Assembly: GCA_964016885.1 (NCBI GenBank)
Contig: OZ024753.1
Location: 23,436,001-23,500,000 of the forward strand
Length of the DNA: 64,000 nt
Source of the DNA: Eledone cirrhosa
Taxonomy: Eukaryota
Reading direction: 5' to 3'
A program made the position numbers and the translations under genes. Under the pieces are notes generated by a model, which was given only the letters and a program-made list of their open reading frames with translations, did not search any database and was not told the origin of the DNA. How positions within the stretch are numbered: the stretch's first letter is position 1; each line of letters starts with the position of its first letter. Of the stretch, positions 39,989 through 51,878 are shown piece by piece.

Positions 39989-42900
39989 CTATAGTCTGAT
40001 GTAGAGTGAAGGCCCATTCACACGGGCCATTCTCGCCACTTTCACCCATCTTTCATAGAAACGGCTGGGGTGCAGCACCTCTCTCTCCATCCTGATCCTT
40101 CTTCCGAAATGATATCGGAAGAAACGGACCAGTTGTTGGCCAGAGAGAAAGGTGCCCGACCTCAGTCCTTTCAGACGCGTCCACCATACAACCTCTTTCG
40201 CCATGGCTATTACGCACAGAAACACCGCCTCTGCTTCATCTTTGAAGGGGGGAGGCGGCTTGATCATTACAATAGACTCGGTGGTCAACCGGATCGGTCC
40301 CACCCTTGACAGCAGTTGTTCGACATAGCCCCACAGATCGGCTACGCCCGAGCAGTGTACTAATGCGTGTGCAACGGTTTCCTCGTCGCACACGCATCTG
40401 GGACAGATCTTTTTGGCGGGGTCCCTACCCGGGCGCCCGTGTCTGTAGAGCCTTTCTCGAACGGGTAAAGCCCCTCGGTAGCACTGCCAGGCCAGGGACT
40501 TCTGGAAGTTGTCCATAGGTCCCGGGCTGAATGTCCTACCGAACAGGCTGGCCAGTTCGTCCTCCTCCATGTCTAGGGCTTCTCCGAGGGCGTCGTCGCA
40601 CCTGCTGCGTACTAGCCCTCTATAGAATGTTGCGGTGGAGTCTCCACTGATAACCGGATCCGCCTGCCAGAGGGCGGTGAGCGCCTGGGCACACTCAGTG
40701 TGCCAGGCGCCCAGTTTTCTCGGTCTTTGCTTGACCCAGGATTGCAGCTCGGTGAGTGAGACGAGTCTGGGAAAGGTTCGTCTCACAAACGAGGCCCACA
40801 CCGGTTGTCCGGTGAGGAATACGTAGAGGTGCCGTAGCCTTAATGCGTGTTTACGCATCATTAGCCACGGCATCCCCAGCCCTCCTTTCGAAGGGTGTTG
40901 ACAGCAGATGGATCTCCTCACCATAGGAGCCCGCCTCTTCCAAAGGAATTGGAAGAGCGCGCGCTCCATCTTGGTGAGGGTTTCCCTTGGGCAGGGCACT
41001 ACGGTCAGGCGGTAGTAGATGACGGACGCTATGTAGGTGTTCGCCACCTCCGCCCGGCCTTTCAGGGATAGTTTGCAACTGGCCCACTTCTGGGTCAGTG
41101 CAAACACCCTGTTCGTAACCTCCGCCCAGTTTTTCTCCACCTGGAGGTCCGGTCCGAACCAGACCCCGAGCAACTTCACCGGGCCCTCCGTCCAGCGTCC
41201 GACGACGCTATCGGAGGGCATCGGTCTGCCCCTCCACGTGCCGAGTTGCAAACCGATCGACTTGTCCCGGTTCAGCTTAGCCCCTGTGAACTTTTCGTAC
41301 TCCTCCAGTAAGGTGCCGACCGCCTCGATTTCGGAGGCCGTCGACACCATTACTGTCACGTCATCGGCGTAGGCCGACACCGCTTTCCGCAATCCCGGTT
41401 CCAAAGGGATGCCCTGCAACAACTCCAACTTCCGCAGTAGTGGCTCGAGAGTCAACACATACAGAAGGGAGGAGAGAGGGCACCCTTGTCGGATGGACCG
41501 CGCGATTTTGAACGGCTCCGAGAGGTAGCCGTTCACCTTGACCCTAGAGCAGATGCGGCTGCTGTGCATAGCAGTGATCCAGCCCCTGAAAACGGGTCCG
41601 AAGCCTGCCGCCGCTAGCACCGCATCCAGGTAACCATGGTCGACCCTATCGAACGCCTTAGATTGATCCAAGTTGATCAGAGCCCCACCAAAGCCGGGTT
41701 CGTTCCCAACCCTCTCTATGATGTATCGCATGAGGTGGAGGTTGTCATGGATGGACCTGGACGGGATAGCGCATGTCTGCGCATCTCCCACCAGGTTGCC
41801 CACGACAAGCGCCAACCTCTTTGCTAGCACCTTGGCCAAAATCTGTAACTCTGTATTTAGCAGTGTTATGGGCCTGAAGTTACTTATTTCGTCCCCCTTG
41901 TTCTCGTCCTTCCTCACTAGCGTGACTACGCCCTTGGTCACAGTACAGGGAATTCTCCCGTTCTGTTGCCAGTTGCAGTAGACCGCCTCGAGGAGATCGG
42001 GGAACAAGTCCGGCATAGCTAGATATAATTCGTAAGGAAGACCATCGAGACCCGGGGATTTGCGTTTGCCGCATTGGCTCAGCACGTCCTCTATCTCAGC
42101 GGCCGAAATCGGCTCTTCGCAGGACTTCGCCTCCCTGTCCGAGAGGCGCGGCAGGCCGTCGAGGTATGGACCGAAGTCCACGTTCCCAACCGGCTCCCCG
42201 CCCCTCCCGAACAGTCGGGCAAAGTGCCTTTGAAAGGCCTCACACATCTGCTTAGGCTCAAGAATCGCCCGTCCATCCAGGTCTCGCAAAGACCGGATGG
42301 TGGATTTAGTTCCACTGTTGGCCTCTGTCACGCGGGCCCAGCTAACAGCTTTGGTCCCCTCGTTCCCTAGAGCACGTATTTTACTTCGGACAACGCAGCC
42401 TTCGTGCTTCGCGTCGAAAAACTGGCTCAAAGCCGTTCTCGACGCTAGCACTCTGGCCACGTCGCCGCTTCTAATTGCCTCTTCTACTCTATCTATTAGC
42501 TCCCTTTCCTTCCTATTCCTATCCGCAGCTAGAACCTTACTAAATTCTATCGAGACTACTCTAATCTCTCTCTTTAGAGATACCCACCACCTGCTGTTGA
42601 CGATCGCTCCAGTCAACCGTTCCTTAACTAACGTACTAATCCGATTCCTGTAGGCTCTACTTGCCGGCAAGGACAAGTTGAGCTTCCAGTAACCGGGGCC
42701 CTGTCTATGAGTTCTGTCAAGGTTGACCATGCAGGTCACTAATTTGTGGTCTGAATAGCCAACAATGCGCATTTTTGGACAACTTAAAAAGTCCTTATCC
42801 TTAATTCTAACTAAGAACCTATCTAGGTACGACCTAGATGATCCGCTACGATTTGCCCAAGTCCAGGTTGGCGCAGTCGGAAAATCTAGTCGATATCTAT

Positions 42901-43426
42901 CGGCCAGGTCAAATCGACCGATTAACCCTTTGAGGCTATTACACCCCTCTCTATCGGGGCAGGCCCCTACGTAGTCCCAGCGTGCATCTAGGATACCATT
43001 CCAGTCCCCCACTAATAGCAAGGAGCGGGACGTCCCTAGAAAAGTCTCCAGACGATGGAAGAAGTCCGGCCGCATTGACCCGAAAGGGCCGTAGGCGGCT
43101 ACCAACCTAAACGCTCCGCCTTTACCACTGCCAAGGTCCAGAACCACTAGTCGACCCTCCGGGTCCAAATGTACCATCTGTGTTGCGAGACCCAGATGTT
43201 TTTGCAGCAGAACGACAACTCCACCCCCACCTCCGGGCTGACAGAGAGATGCGTGCATCTCAAAGTCATCAAAGGTGGGGGCCAGCTGTCGCACGTTGCT
43301 GATCCGGGCCTCGCAAATAACCATCACATCTATACGTTGTGACCTGAGGTCATTTAGAAGCATTGCTTGCTTCCAAGTTGAGCCCAGGCCACGCGCGTTT
43401 AAACAGCCTACTCTTAGCATAGCCAT
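39989..43426 (-). CDS. LINE ORF2: APE endonuclease, reverse transcriptase, CCHC finger
   Basis: GCLNARG, VGDWN, YLDRF, SDH; KSPGLDG, FRPITLLN, DQSKAFDRV, RQGCPLS, YADD; CPRC..ETVAHALVHC. First ATG at 43426; frame open from 43450. Confidence 0.96.
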   Translation of the reverse strand: MAMLRVGCLNARGLGSTWKQAMLLNDLRSQRIDVMVICEARISNVRQLAPTFDDFEMHASLCQPGGGGGVVVLLQKHLGLATQMVHLDPEGRLVVLDLGSGKGGAFRLVAAYGPFGSMRPDFFHRLETFLGTSRSLLLVGDWNGILDARWDYVGACPDREGCNSLKGLIGRFDLADRYRLDFPTAPTWTWANRSGSSRSYLDRFLVRIKDKDFLSCPKMRIVGYSDHKLVTCMVNLDRTHRQGPGYWKLNLSLPASRAYRNRISTLVKERLTGAIVNSRWWVSLKREIRVVSIEFSKVLAADRNRKERELIDRVEEAIRSGDVARVLASRTALSQFFDAKHEGCVVRSKIRALGNEGTKAVSWARVTEANSGTKSTIRSLRDLDGRAILEPKQMCEAFQRHFARLFGRGGEPVGNVDFGPYLDGLPRLSDREAKSCEEPISAAEIEDVLSQCGKRKSPGLDGLPYELYLAMPDLFPDLLEAVYCNWQQNGRIPCTVTKGVVTLVRKDENKGDEISNFRPITLLNTELQILAKVLAKRLALVVGNLVGDAQTCAIPSRSIHDNLHLMRYIIERVGNEPGFGGALINLDQSKAFDRVDHGYLDAVLAAAGFGPVFRGWITAMHSSRICSRVKVNGYLSEPFKIARSIRQGCPLSSLLYVLTLEPLLRKLELLQGIPLEPGLRKAVSAYADDVTVMVSTASEIEAVGTLLEEYEKFTGAKLNRDKSIGLQLGTWRGRPMPSDSVVGRWTEGPVKLLGVWFGPDLQVEKNWAEVTNRVFALTQKWASCKLSLKGRAEVANTYIASVIYYRLTVVPCPRETLTKMERALFQFLWKRRAPMVRRSICCQHPSKGGLGMPWLMMRKHALRLRHLYVFLTGQPVWASFVRRTFPRLVSLTELQSWVKQRPRKLGAWHTECAQALTALWQADPVISGDSTATFYRGLVRSRCDDALGEALDMEEDELASLFGRTFSPGPMDNFQKSLAWQCYRGALPVRERLYRHGRPGRDPAKKICPRCVCDEETVAHALVHCSGVADLWGYVEQLLSRVGPIRLTTESIVMIKPPPPFKDEAEAVFLCVIAMAKEVVWWTRLKGLRSGTFLSGQQLVRFFRYHFGRRIRMEREVLHPSRFYERWVKVARMARVNGPSLYIRL

Positions 43427-43450
43427 GTTGGTGGTGAAGAGAAAAGGCAC

Positions 43451-45229
43451 TTACCTCTCTGCGTCCCGGGTATCGGGCTGCACAATTTCCATTAGGGTGG
43501 GGGATGGGTTGTTGGGTGGGGTGGTGGTTTGTGGAAGTGTGGGGGCATCAGTGTGTTGTGTGGTTGGGGAGCTTGGAGTTGTGTGGGTGTTTGGGGAGGG
43601 GGTGGGATAGTTTTTTAGGAGGACGCGGTTAATGGGCCCGACGCAGGGGGGACCCACGTCCTCTTTAAAATTGTTTTTTAAAGTTTTATAGGTGTCCTGT
43701 GGGGCCTTAATCATTTTGAGGTGGGGGAAATCCCCTGCCTGGGTGAAGTTAGGCCCTTGTGTTTTTATTAGATTGTTGTTGTACACAATGTTTAACAGTT
43801 TTTTGTTTCTTGTATTTATGTATGTGTATGCATGTTTTTGTTTTTGTGTGGTGTTTTTTGTTTGCTGTTGTGAGCTCTTTTGTGTTGGTGTCAGTGTTAT
43901 GTTTTGGGGAGGGTTTTTTTTCATTTGTGTGTCTGAGGTGTGTTTTCTTTTTTTTCTTTTGATTGTGTGGAAGTGCTCCTCCTCGTCTGACGACGAACTA
44001 GGGTCATCTTCCGCGTTGGAGGGGAGGGGTATATTTTCGGGTTGTGTTTGCGGTACGGGTGTTTTGGAAATTGTTTTTGTTTTTTGAGTGGAGGGGATGG
44101 GTTGGACATTGTTTTGTTTTGGTTTGAGCTGTGGTGGTTGTTTTTGTAGTGGTAGTTGTGGTGATTGTGTTGGTTGTGCAGCTGTTGGTGGTGTAGGCAG
44201 GATTGGGGTTTTCTTATTAAGTTGGGGACAGACAGCCCTCAGGTGACCTCTGGTTCCGCAGAGGTAACACGAGGGCCGTCTACCCTCAACGGTAATGTTG
44301 ATGAAGGTTAGATCATCCAGTATGACGCGTTCAGGGATCTGGGCGATCCTTTCGGGCCTCATTTGAACTACAAGTTCGAGGCTCGTTCCACTGAACGCGT
44401 CACCCGATGCCTTTCCCATGGACACCAGCATGTCATCCTCCAGGTCCAGAAAACCTGTCAAAACCCACCATATGTCCATAATCGGCAGGATGGTGTGGAT
44501 TTTTATTTTTTGTGTTCTTCTACCCATGTACGTAGGGTAGAAGGTGTATGCGGTGGATGTGATTGGTTTGATGGACAGTTTCACTGCTGTGTCCCTGTCC
44601 TTCATGAGAATGGATAGACTCCCGTAGAGTCTATCCTTCTGAATGAAGGTGATGTCCTTCATGACGTCTTTTAAAACCAGCTCTATCTCGCTCTGTGATG
44701 GTTGAGCTGGTTTTTTACTTTTGTTCGAGATTGTCCTAAACATGACCGTGTTTAGGAGTCTCTGGCTTTTTAGTTCCGGGGGGGAATGGATTGTGAATGA
44801 ACCATTTTCCCCGTACACTATATATTTTTTCGCATCCGCCAGTAGCTCCTTCGCTTTTGTTATATCTACTGGCAGATAGTCGAGGGTTTTCCTTGTCGTC
44901 TCGGCGAAGGAGAAATTTTGTTTGTTTGTGTTGTTGTTGTCGTTGGTGGTGTTGTTGTTATCATTGTTGTTGTTGTCACCGTTATTGGTCTTGTTGTTGT
45001 TATTGTTATTGGTGTTGTTTTCGTCCGTCGCATTGTTGTTGTTGCTGTTGCCGCTGGTTCTTTGAGTTGTTACCATGGCAACGTCAAGTTGTCGGTTAAC
45101 AGGTGGAGAGAATTCTTCCTCTGGCTGACCTTTCTTCTTGACCTCTGCTACTGTGACAGTGGCAGGGGGAAGCTGTAAGTTCATCTTCCCCTTTCCTCCT
45201 TCGAATTTTGGTGAAGAAGCTTCGGCCAT
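43451..45229 (-). CDS. LINE ORF1 (gag-like, CCHC zinc knuckle)
   Basis: 592 aa; CYLCGTRGHLRAVC; N-rich and P/Q/T/K-rich linkers; immediately upstream of ORF2. Confidence 0.92.
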   Translation of the reverse strand: MAEASSPKFEGGKGKMNLQLPPATVTVAEVKKKGQPEEEFSPPVNRQLDVAMVTTQRTSGNSNNNNATDENNTNNNNNNKTNNGDNNNNDNNNTTNDNNNTNKQNFSFAETTRKTLDYLPVDITKAKELLADAKKYIVYGENGSFTIHSPPELKSQRLLNTVMFRTISNKSKKPAQPSQSEIELVLKDVMKDITFIQKDRLYGSLSILMKDRDTAVKLSIKPITSTAYTFYPTYMGRRTQKIKIHTILPIMDIWWVLTGFLDLEDDMLVSMGKASGDAFSGTSLELVVQMRPERIAQIPERVILDDLTFINITVEGRRPSCYLCGTRGHLRAVCPQLNKKTPILPTPPTAAQPTQSPQLPLQKQPPQLKPKQNNVQPIPSTQKTKTISKTPVPQTQPENIPLPSNAEDDPSSSSDEEEHFHTIKRKKRKHTSDTQMKKNPPQNITLTPTQKSSQQQTKNTTQKQKHAYTYINTRNKKLLNIVYNNNLIKTQGPNFTQAGDFPHLKMIKAPQDTYKTLKNNFKEDVGPPCVGPINRVLLKNYPTPSPNTHTTPSSPTTQHTDAPTLPQTTTPPNNPSPTLMEIVQPDTRDAER

Positions 45230-45621
45230 TTAAAAAAATATTGACTTTTCAACAAGAAAAAACTTTTTTTTTTTGTTTAACTATTTCGCCTAAAGGCGTA
45301 GAATATTTTGAGAGACTGACCAGATCAAAGTTTGACCTGGCAGTCCCTCTACAAAATGGTACAAAAATTAAAGTTATCAGACAAGAATTTCTATAGAAAT
45401 TTAAACAGAACTTACTCAGCAAGTTATACGCGTGTGTCCATCCCAGATATAGAAAAAATATACATATATGTATCTAATATATATAATATATATATGTGTA
45501 TATATATATATATATATATTTATATATGTAAAAGTTCTATTTAAATTGTTGGGAAACAACAAGCAAATATTTTTATAATTGATATAAAGCACTCAACAAA
45601 TAATTGGAGTAAAAATACGAT

Positions 45622-46813
45622 ATTAACAAATGGAAACTATATTTATAAAACCATATTTATTTCATTATACATATTTCAACGGCACCAAGTTAAATTATGG
45701 TGTGCTTTCATCAGATAAAATATAATATAGAGCAGTTTTATAAATAAATATTGACATACCCTTAAAGAGTGCAACCATTACTTTTGGAAGCTCCCGGATA
45801 GTGGGGTTATAACTTTATTAATACTATTATGTAAATTAGTATTGGATATTTTAAAATAAGCTGTTGGGTTACGGAGAAAGATAAAGAGAGAGAGAGAGAG
45901 AAGAACAAGAGAGAGAAAAAAGAAAAAAGAGAGAGAAAGGAGAAAGAGAAGAGAGAGCGACAACTCTAAGTGATATGTTGTTGAGTTATCTTAACATTTG
46001 AGATGAAGTGAAAGAATAAATAAATATTTATTTGTTATGGATGAATAGAGAAATGTAAATAATCGTGAATGGAAGATACATATATATTATGAGAATTTTA
46101 CCCATTGTTTAAATATGATTAAATGTTTAGTTTATCATTTAAATTATTGAGATCTATACATTAAAAATTGAGATCTATATATTAAGAAATCTATATATTA
46201 TTATTAAGACTATATATTATTAAAACATCTATATATTATTAGAAGAATATATTCATATATATACATACGCAGGCACAGATATACATACATATAAATATAT
46301 ATACACGTATAAATACATATACATATATATCTACGTTTATAATATATACATACAAAGTATAAAGGATTTTTTAAATTAAAATAAACTTAGAGATGTTTCG
46401 TAGAAAATCTTATAAAATCAGAGAAAACATTTTATGTAATATCAAGGCAGCATGAAGGAAATTACGTTATTTAGTTATATAAATGTTACAATTGTTAAGA
46501 TATTAAAGGACATTTTTATGTTATACACACTTTATGTTGTTATACACATTTTTTTAATACATATAAATGTTATATCTAATAAAACTACCTGTTATGTAGT
46601 TCTGACTGTTATTATATAGGTTTATTTATCACGAACCTTAAGATAATCCTTATAAACAAAGTGCAATCGAATTGTATGCATATACACATATATATACACA
46701 CAATTCCCACATATATACACATAGATGTACCTACACATATAGGTAGATATGCATCACATATATATATACACATACATATACACACATAAATATATGTACA
46801 TGCATATAAATAC

Positions 46814-46846
<33 letters not shown>

Positions 46847-48375
46847 GAGAGAGAGATATATATAAATACAGTACATAGTATAATTGAAGTACATAAAATA
46901 CATAATATAAAATAAAATAAAATAAAATAAAATAAAATAAAATAAAATAAAATAAAATAAAATAAAATAAAATAAAATAAAAAATAAAATAATAAAATAA
47001 AATGAAATGAGATGAAAAGAAGTAAAATAAAATAAAATAAAATAAAATAAAATAAAATAAAATAAAATAAAATAAAATAAAATAAAATAAAATGAAATAA
47101 AATAAAATAATGTATTTTATGTACTTTATGTACTTCAATTATAATATGTACTGTATTTATATATCTCTCTCTATATATATGTGTGTATATATATATGTAT
47201 TTATATGCATGTACATATATTTATGTGTGTATATGTATGTGTACATATATATATGTGTGATGCATATCTACCTATATGTGTAGGTACGTCTATGTGTATA
47301 TATGTGGGAATTGTGTGTATATATATGTGTATATGCATACAATTCAATTGCACTTGTTTATAAGGATTATCTTAAGGTTCGTGATAAATAAACCTATATA
47401 ATAACAGTCATAACTACATAACAGGTAGTTTTATTAGATATAAAATTTATATATATAAAAGAAATGTGTATAACAACATAAAGTGTGTATAACATAAAAA
47501 TGTCCTTTAATATCTTAACAATTGTAACATTTATATAACTAAATAACGTAATTTCCTTCACGCTGCTTTGATATTACATAAAATGATTTTCTCTGATTTT
47601 ATAAGATTTTCTACGAAAAATCTATAAGTTTATGAAAATTCCTATATTTTAATTTAAAAAATCCTTTATACTTTGTATGTATATATTATATACGTAGATA
47701 TATATGTATATGTATTTATACGTGTATATATATTTATATGTATGTATATCTGTGCCTGCGTGTGTATATATATGAATATATTCTTCTAATAATATATAGA
47801 TTTTTTAATAATATATAGTCTTAATAATAATATATAGATTTCTTAATATATAGATCTCAATAATTTAAATGATAAACTAAACATTTAATCATATTTAAAC
47901 AATGGTTAAAATTCTCATAATATATATGTCTTCCATTCACGATATATTTACATTTCTCTATTCATCCATAAAAAATAAATATTTATTTATTCTTTCACTT
48001 CATCTCAAATGTTAAGATAACTCAACAACCTATTACTTAGAGTTGTCGCTCTCTCTTCTCTTTCTCCTTTCTCTCTCTTTTTTCTTTTTTATCTCACTTG
48101 TTCTTCTCTATCTCTCTCTTTATCTTTCTCCGTAACTCAACGGCTTATTTAAAAATATCCAATACTAATTTACATAATAGTATTAGTAAACTTATAACCC
48201 CACTATCCAACAGTAATGGTTGCACTCTTTAAGGGTATGTCAATATTTATTTATAAAACTGCTCTATATTATATTTTATCTGATGAAAGCACACCATAAT
48301 TTAACTTGGTGTCCTTGAAATATGTATAATGAAATAAATATGGTTTTATAAATATAGTTTCCATTTGTTAATATC

Positions 48376-48377
<2 letters not shown>
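45622..48377. repeat. ~2.75-kb non-coding palindrome with (AAAAT)n spacer and outward-facing HHRs
   Basis: 45622-46900 mirrors ~47110-48377 with small indels; spacer ~46905-47108. Confidence 0.93.
48274..48334 (+). ncRNA. Type I hammerhead ribozyme (mirror 45660-45720 on minus)
   Basis: TTTTAT-CTGATGA-aag c acacca..tggtgt c ctt-GAAA-tatgta-TA-ATGAAA. Confidence 0.88.
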
Positions 48378-48444
<67 letters not shown>

Positions 48445-48513
48445 CTCATCCGGATGGCTGGAGCAGGTAAACGAGTAAAAGAGTGATATATATACATATA
48501 TGTATATAATATA

Positions 48514-48610
<97 letters not shown>

Positions 48611-48612
<2 letters not shown>

Positions 48613-49747
48613 AACGAGTAGGGGCCCGACGGCTGAGCTCAAGCCGTTTCGACGGCTAATTCTGGACTGAATAAAAAATTTTATCCTGGTATTTGAATAG
48701 CCGAGCTTCTCAGGGGGTAATTCCATATATGGTAAAAGTGATTGTCACAAGGATTGGTCAAAAGTTTGTTATTGAGACATAATATTTCTATCATGGCAAT
48801 TTGTGGAGGGAAGGGATAGCTGAACCTGCCAGTAGAAGAAAGAGGGAGAGGGGGTGGAGGAAACCCAGTCGTGGTGCGTTAATAGTGCCAACTACAGCTG
48901 GGCATGAGGTCAAAGAAGATACTAGGGGGGAGGGGGAGGAAGTCGAAACAATAAGTAAAACAATATGGGGTAAATATATAGAGAAATACCGAGTGTTAAA
49001 AAACAATTAAATGTAAAAAAAAAAAAAAAGAAAACAAAACAATTTCTGGTTACTATAACCTAAGGACAGCTATCAAGTCTCTCACTGGTACTGCTAGACT
49101 AAAGAAAGGTTTACTAGGTGGGACGGAATTATAATGAGACCCTTTTAAGAGGTATAAGTAAACAACCGAATATATCTTACGGTGACGGGTCAACAAGTGG
49201 GGGGCCAAAATACTAAAGAAACTACCACGAAATAATAATTCAGAGTCCCGATACCAGTACGAAATAAAGGTTTCTACCCCAGGCACAAGGCCAGCAACCA
49301 CCCAGTACAAAAAAAAACTAATACGAAATAATAATTCAGAATCCCGAAAAAGAAAATTAATACTATCTCTAAGGGTGCCGCCACGATACAAAAATTCTAG
49401 TGCAAACTACATAAATGCTCGTACGAAGTATATGTAAAATTTGATACGGAAAATTAATTCAGAACCCCCCCCCCTCCCAACCCCATGATAGAATTATTAT
49501 GTCTCAACAACAAACTTTTGACCAATCCTTGTGACAATCACTTTTACCATATATGGAATTACCCCCTGAGAAGCTGGGCTATTCAAATACCAGGATAAAC
49601 ATTTTTATTTAGTCCAGAATTAGCCGTCGAAACGGCTTGAGCTCAGCCGTCGGGGTCTTACTCGTTCCTATTACCCACTCGACTACGCTAAGTATTGAGT
49701 ACTTTGGTGCGTTATGGTCCACCTGGTTCCGTACCACGTTTCCTTCG

Positions 49748-49810
<63 letters not shown>

Positions 49811-49978
49811 AACGAGTAGGACCCCGACGGCTGAGCTCAAGAGTCCAGAATTAGCCGTCGAAACGGCTTGAGCTCAGCCGTCGGGGTCTTACTCGTTCCT
49901 ATTACCCACTCTACTACCCTAAGTATTGAGTACTTTGGTGCGTTATGGTCCACCTGGTTCCCTACCACATTTCCTTCG

Positions 49979-49980
<2 letters not shown>
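48611..49980. repeat. Head-to-head inverted repeat (~175-bp arms) plus a second short inverted/direct re-insertion of the same end
   Basis: 48611-48785 mirrors ~49497-49670; 49842-49980 repeats 49611-49750; 49808-49840 is an inverted piece. Confidence 0.88.
49561..49656 (+). ncRNA. Hammerhead ribozyme with atypical CTGAGAA core and long stem III (mirror ~48624-48718)
   Basis: ACCCC-CTGAGAA-gct(g/c)ggctattc..gaattagccgtc-GAAA-cggct tgagctc agccg-TC-GGGGT. Confidence 0.72.
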
Positions 49981-50018
<38 letters not shown>

Positions 50019-50062
50019 GAAAAGTATAGAAATTATTGAAGCAAGAAGCCAACAGTATTCCA

Positions 50063-50198
50063 TAATACACAGACACACATACTTAATTTTACATATATAC
50101 AGATATATATACATACATGTATATATATATATATATATACATGAATGTATATATATATCTGTATATATGTAAAATTAAGTATGTGTGTCTGTGTATTA
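50063..50198. repeat. Short palindrome centred on (TA)n
   Basis: TAATACACAGACACACATACTTAATTTTAC..GTAAAATTAAGTATGTGTGTCTGTGTATTA. Confidence 0.85.
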
Positions 50199-50936
50199 CC
50201 TATACGGGCCTACATCTTACGACCCATTTTCATCAAACTTTACAGTCTCATAGATTAGTCATCTGAATATTTAGCCACTTTACGATAGTTCTTCGAAAAA
50301 CACATTACATTTTTCCTCTCTCTTTTTGTTATTCAAACATTCACACATCTTTCAACTAAAATAATGGATCTCACACAAAATAATATATAATTTTCTATAT
50401 ATATTTGGGAGTAAATCTTTCATGTAATTTAATGATTAACAAACAAAATTGGAGTTATCTTTCCTTTCTCAATCGTGCAAACATAAACATGATGTTTGAT
50501 AATCTGTATAGCTTTGCTAAATTAAAAATATTCTGAAAACATTTTCAATGCTGAACAAAATTTTTGAATCCACAAATTGTTCTACTCTCACAACTTGAAC
50601 CACCTATTTTTAAGTAAAATACAAAATCAACTTCCTTTGTAACTCGTATTTGATATATAAACAACTAATACATACGCAATTTATTAATATATATATAGAT
50701 ATTTATATACATATATCGTTTCTGAATTTGTTTAGCAAGATTCTTTATCTGAAATCGTGTGTTGAAACCGATATTGTTATACTTTGGGAGGGTCATGTTG
50801 CTAATAAGAAACACACGCACCAGTTGCTTTCACTTCAATTTATTATATATTTATAAATTTATAAATTTACAAATCTACAAGCTTATAAATTTCTGGTTGG
50901 TTGGTTGGTTCCACAACCAGATAGTTGTTTATATAT

Positions 50937-50981
50937 AGTCATAGTCCTTTCGTCACACACTCTGTGACCTCTTCAGTGACT
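50937..50981 (-). ncRNA. Minimal type I hammerhead ribozyme in the PLE 3' end
   Basis: Minus strand: AGTCA-CTGAAGA-g gtcaca gagtg tgtgac-GAAA-ggac-TA-TGACT. Confidence 0.8.
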
Positions 50982-51878
50982 GGGGATTCCTTTCTTTGTT
51001 TCTGTGCCTTTCCTTTCTTCTATCCTACGCCATTTTGTTTCTGTGTGTGTGTTGTGTGCTCAGTTTGCGCATGCGCCACATCCGGGTGTCTGTGTGTGTT
51101 TGTGTTCATTTATCTATTTGTTTATTTATTTATTTATTTATTGTTGGTTGGTTGTTTGTTCTATGTGTGTGTGTGTTTTCATTTTGTCCTGTGTGTGTTT
51201 TCATTTTGTCCTTAATTGTAAGTTGTGATGTTGCTGTTCCACTCATATTTTCTATTTAATTTTGCTTGTAATTCTTTTATGCTTACTGCCTCTGTAATTT
51301 GCCTAAACATTGCATCTTTTCTGTGTGTGGATTCTATTTTTATTTCTATGTTCTCTAATCTACCCCTGTGTTCTATCTTAGCATGTTGGTAGAGAACAGA
51401 TGATTCTTTATTATCTTGAAGGTCTCGCCAGTGTTCATTTATTCGTTCCCCTATACTACGAGCTGTCTCACCTATGTACACTATATTTTTGTTTCTACAT
51501 TGTCCTTCAGTACATCTTATGCTATACACTACATTTCTAGTTTTACAGTTAATATGGGGGCTTATTTTACAGGTTATACATTTCTTATCTATACATGAGG
51601 GTCTTTGGAACGGGTATGTCTTGCTAATAAGTGTTTTTACGGAGGTACCTGGTCTTTCTACTATCTTAATATTGAGTTTATGTTTATTTAGGGCCCTTTT
51701 AAATTTGTAGGCTAGTTCGCCTCTAGGGGTTGTATTGATGAACATTACACTCTAGTATTTATTGCTATCATACCATGAGTTTATTCTATTGACCTTGTTC
51801 CTAGTTCTTTCTATTCTATTCCAAAATTTGCTCCTATACAAAGGGCAGGTCCCATTTATGTCATTATTTACCATTTTT

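Larger units (their letters stand above)
39727..45445 (-). mobile_element. Full-length Tx1/L1-clade LINE, copy 3
   Basis: Two open ORFs, ~260-bp 3' UTR ending AAATAAAAGAAA into (TA)n; 5' end approximate. Confidence 0.95.

Noticed and set aside
40070-45178. Antisense and alternate-frame ORFs over the Tx1 copies
   Set aside because: Shadows of GC-rich coding sequence; they recur only because the element is repeated.
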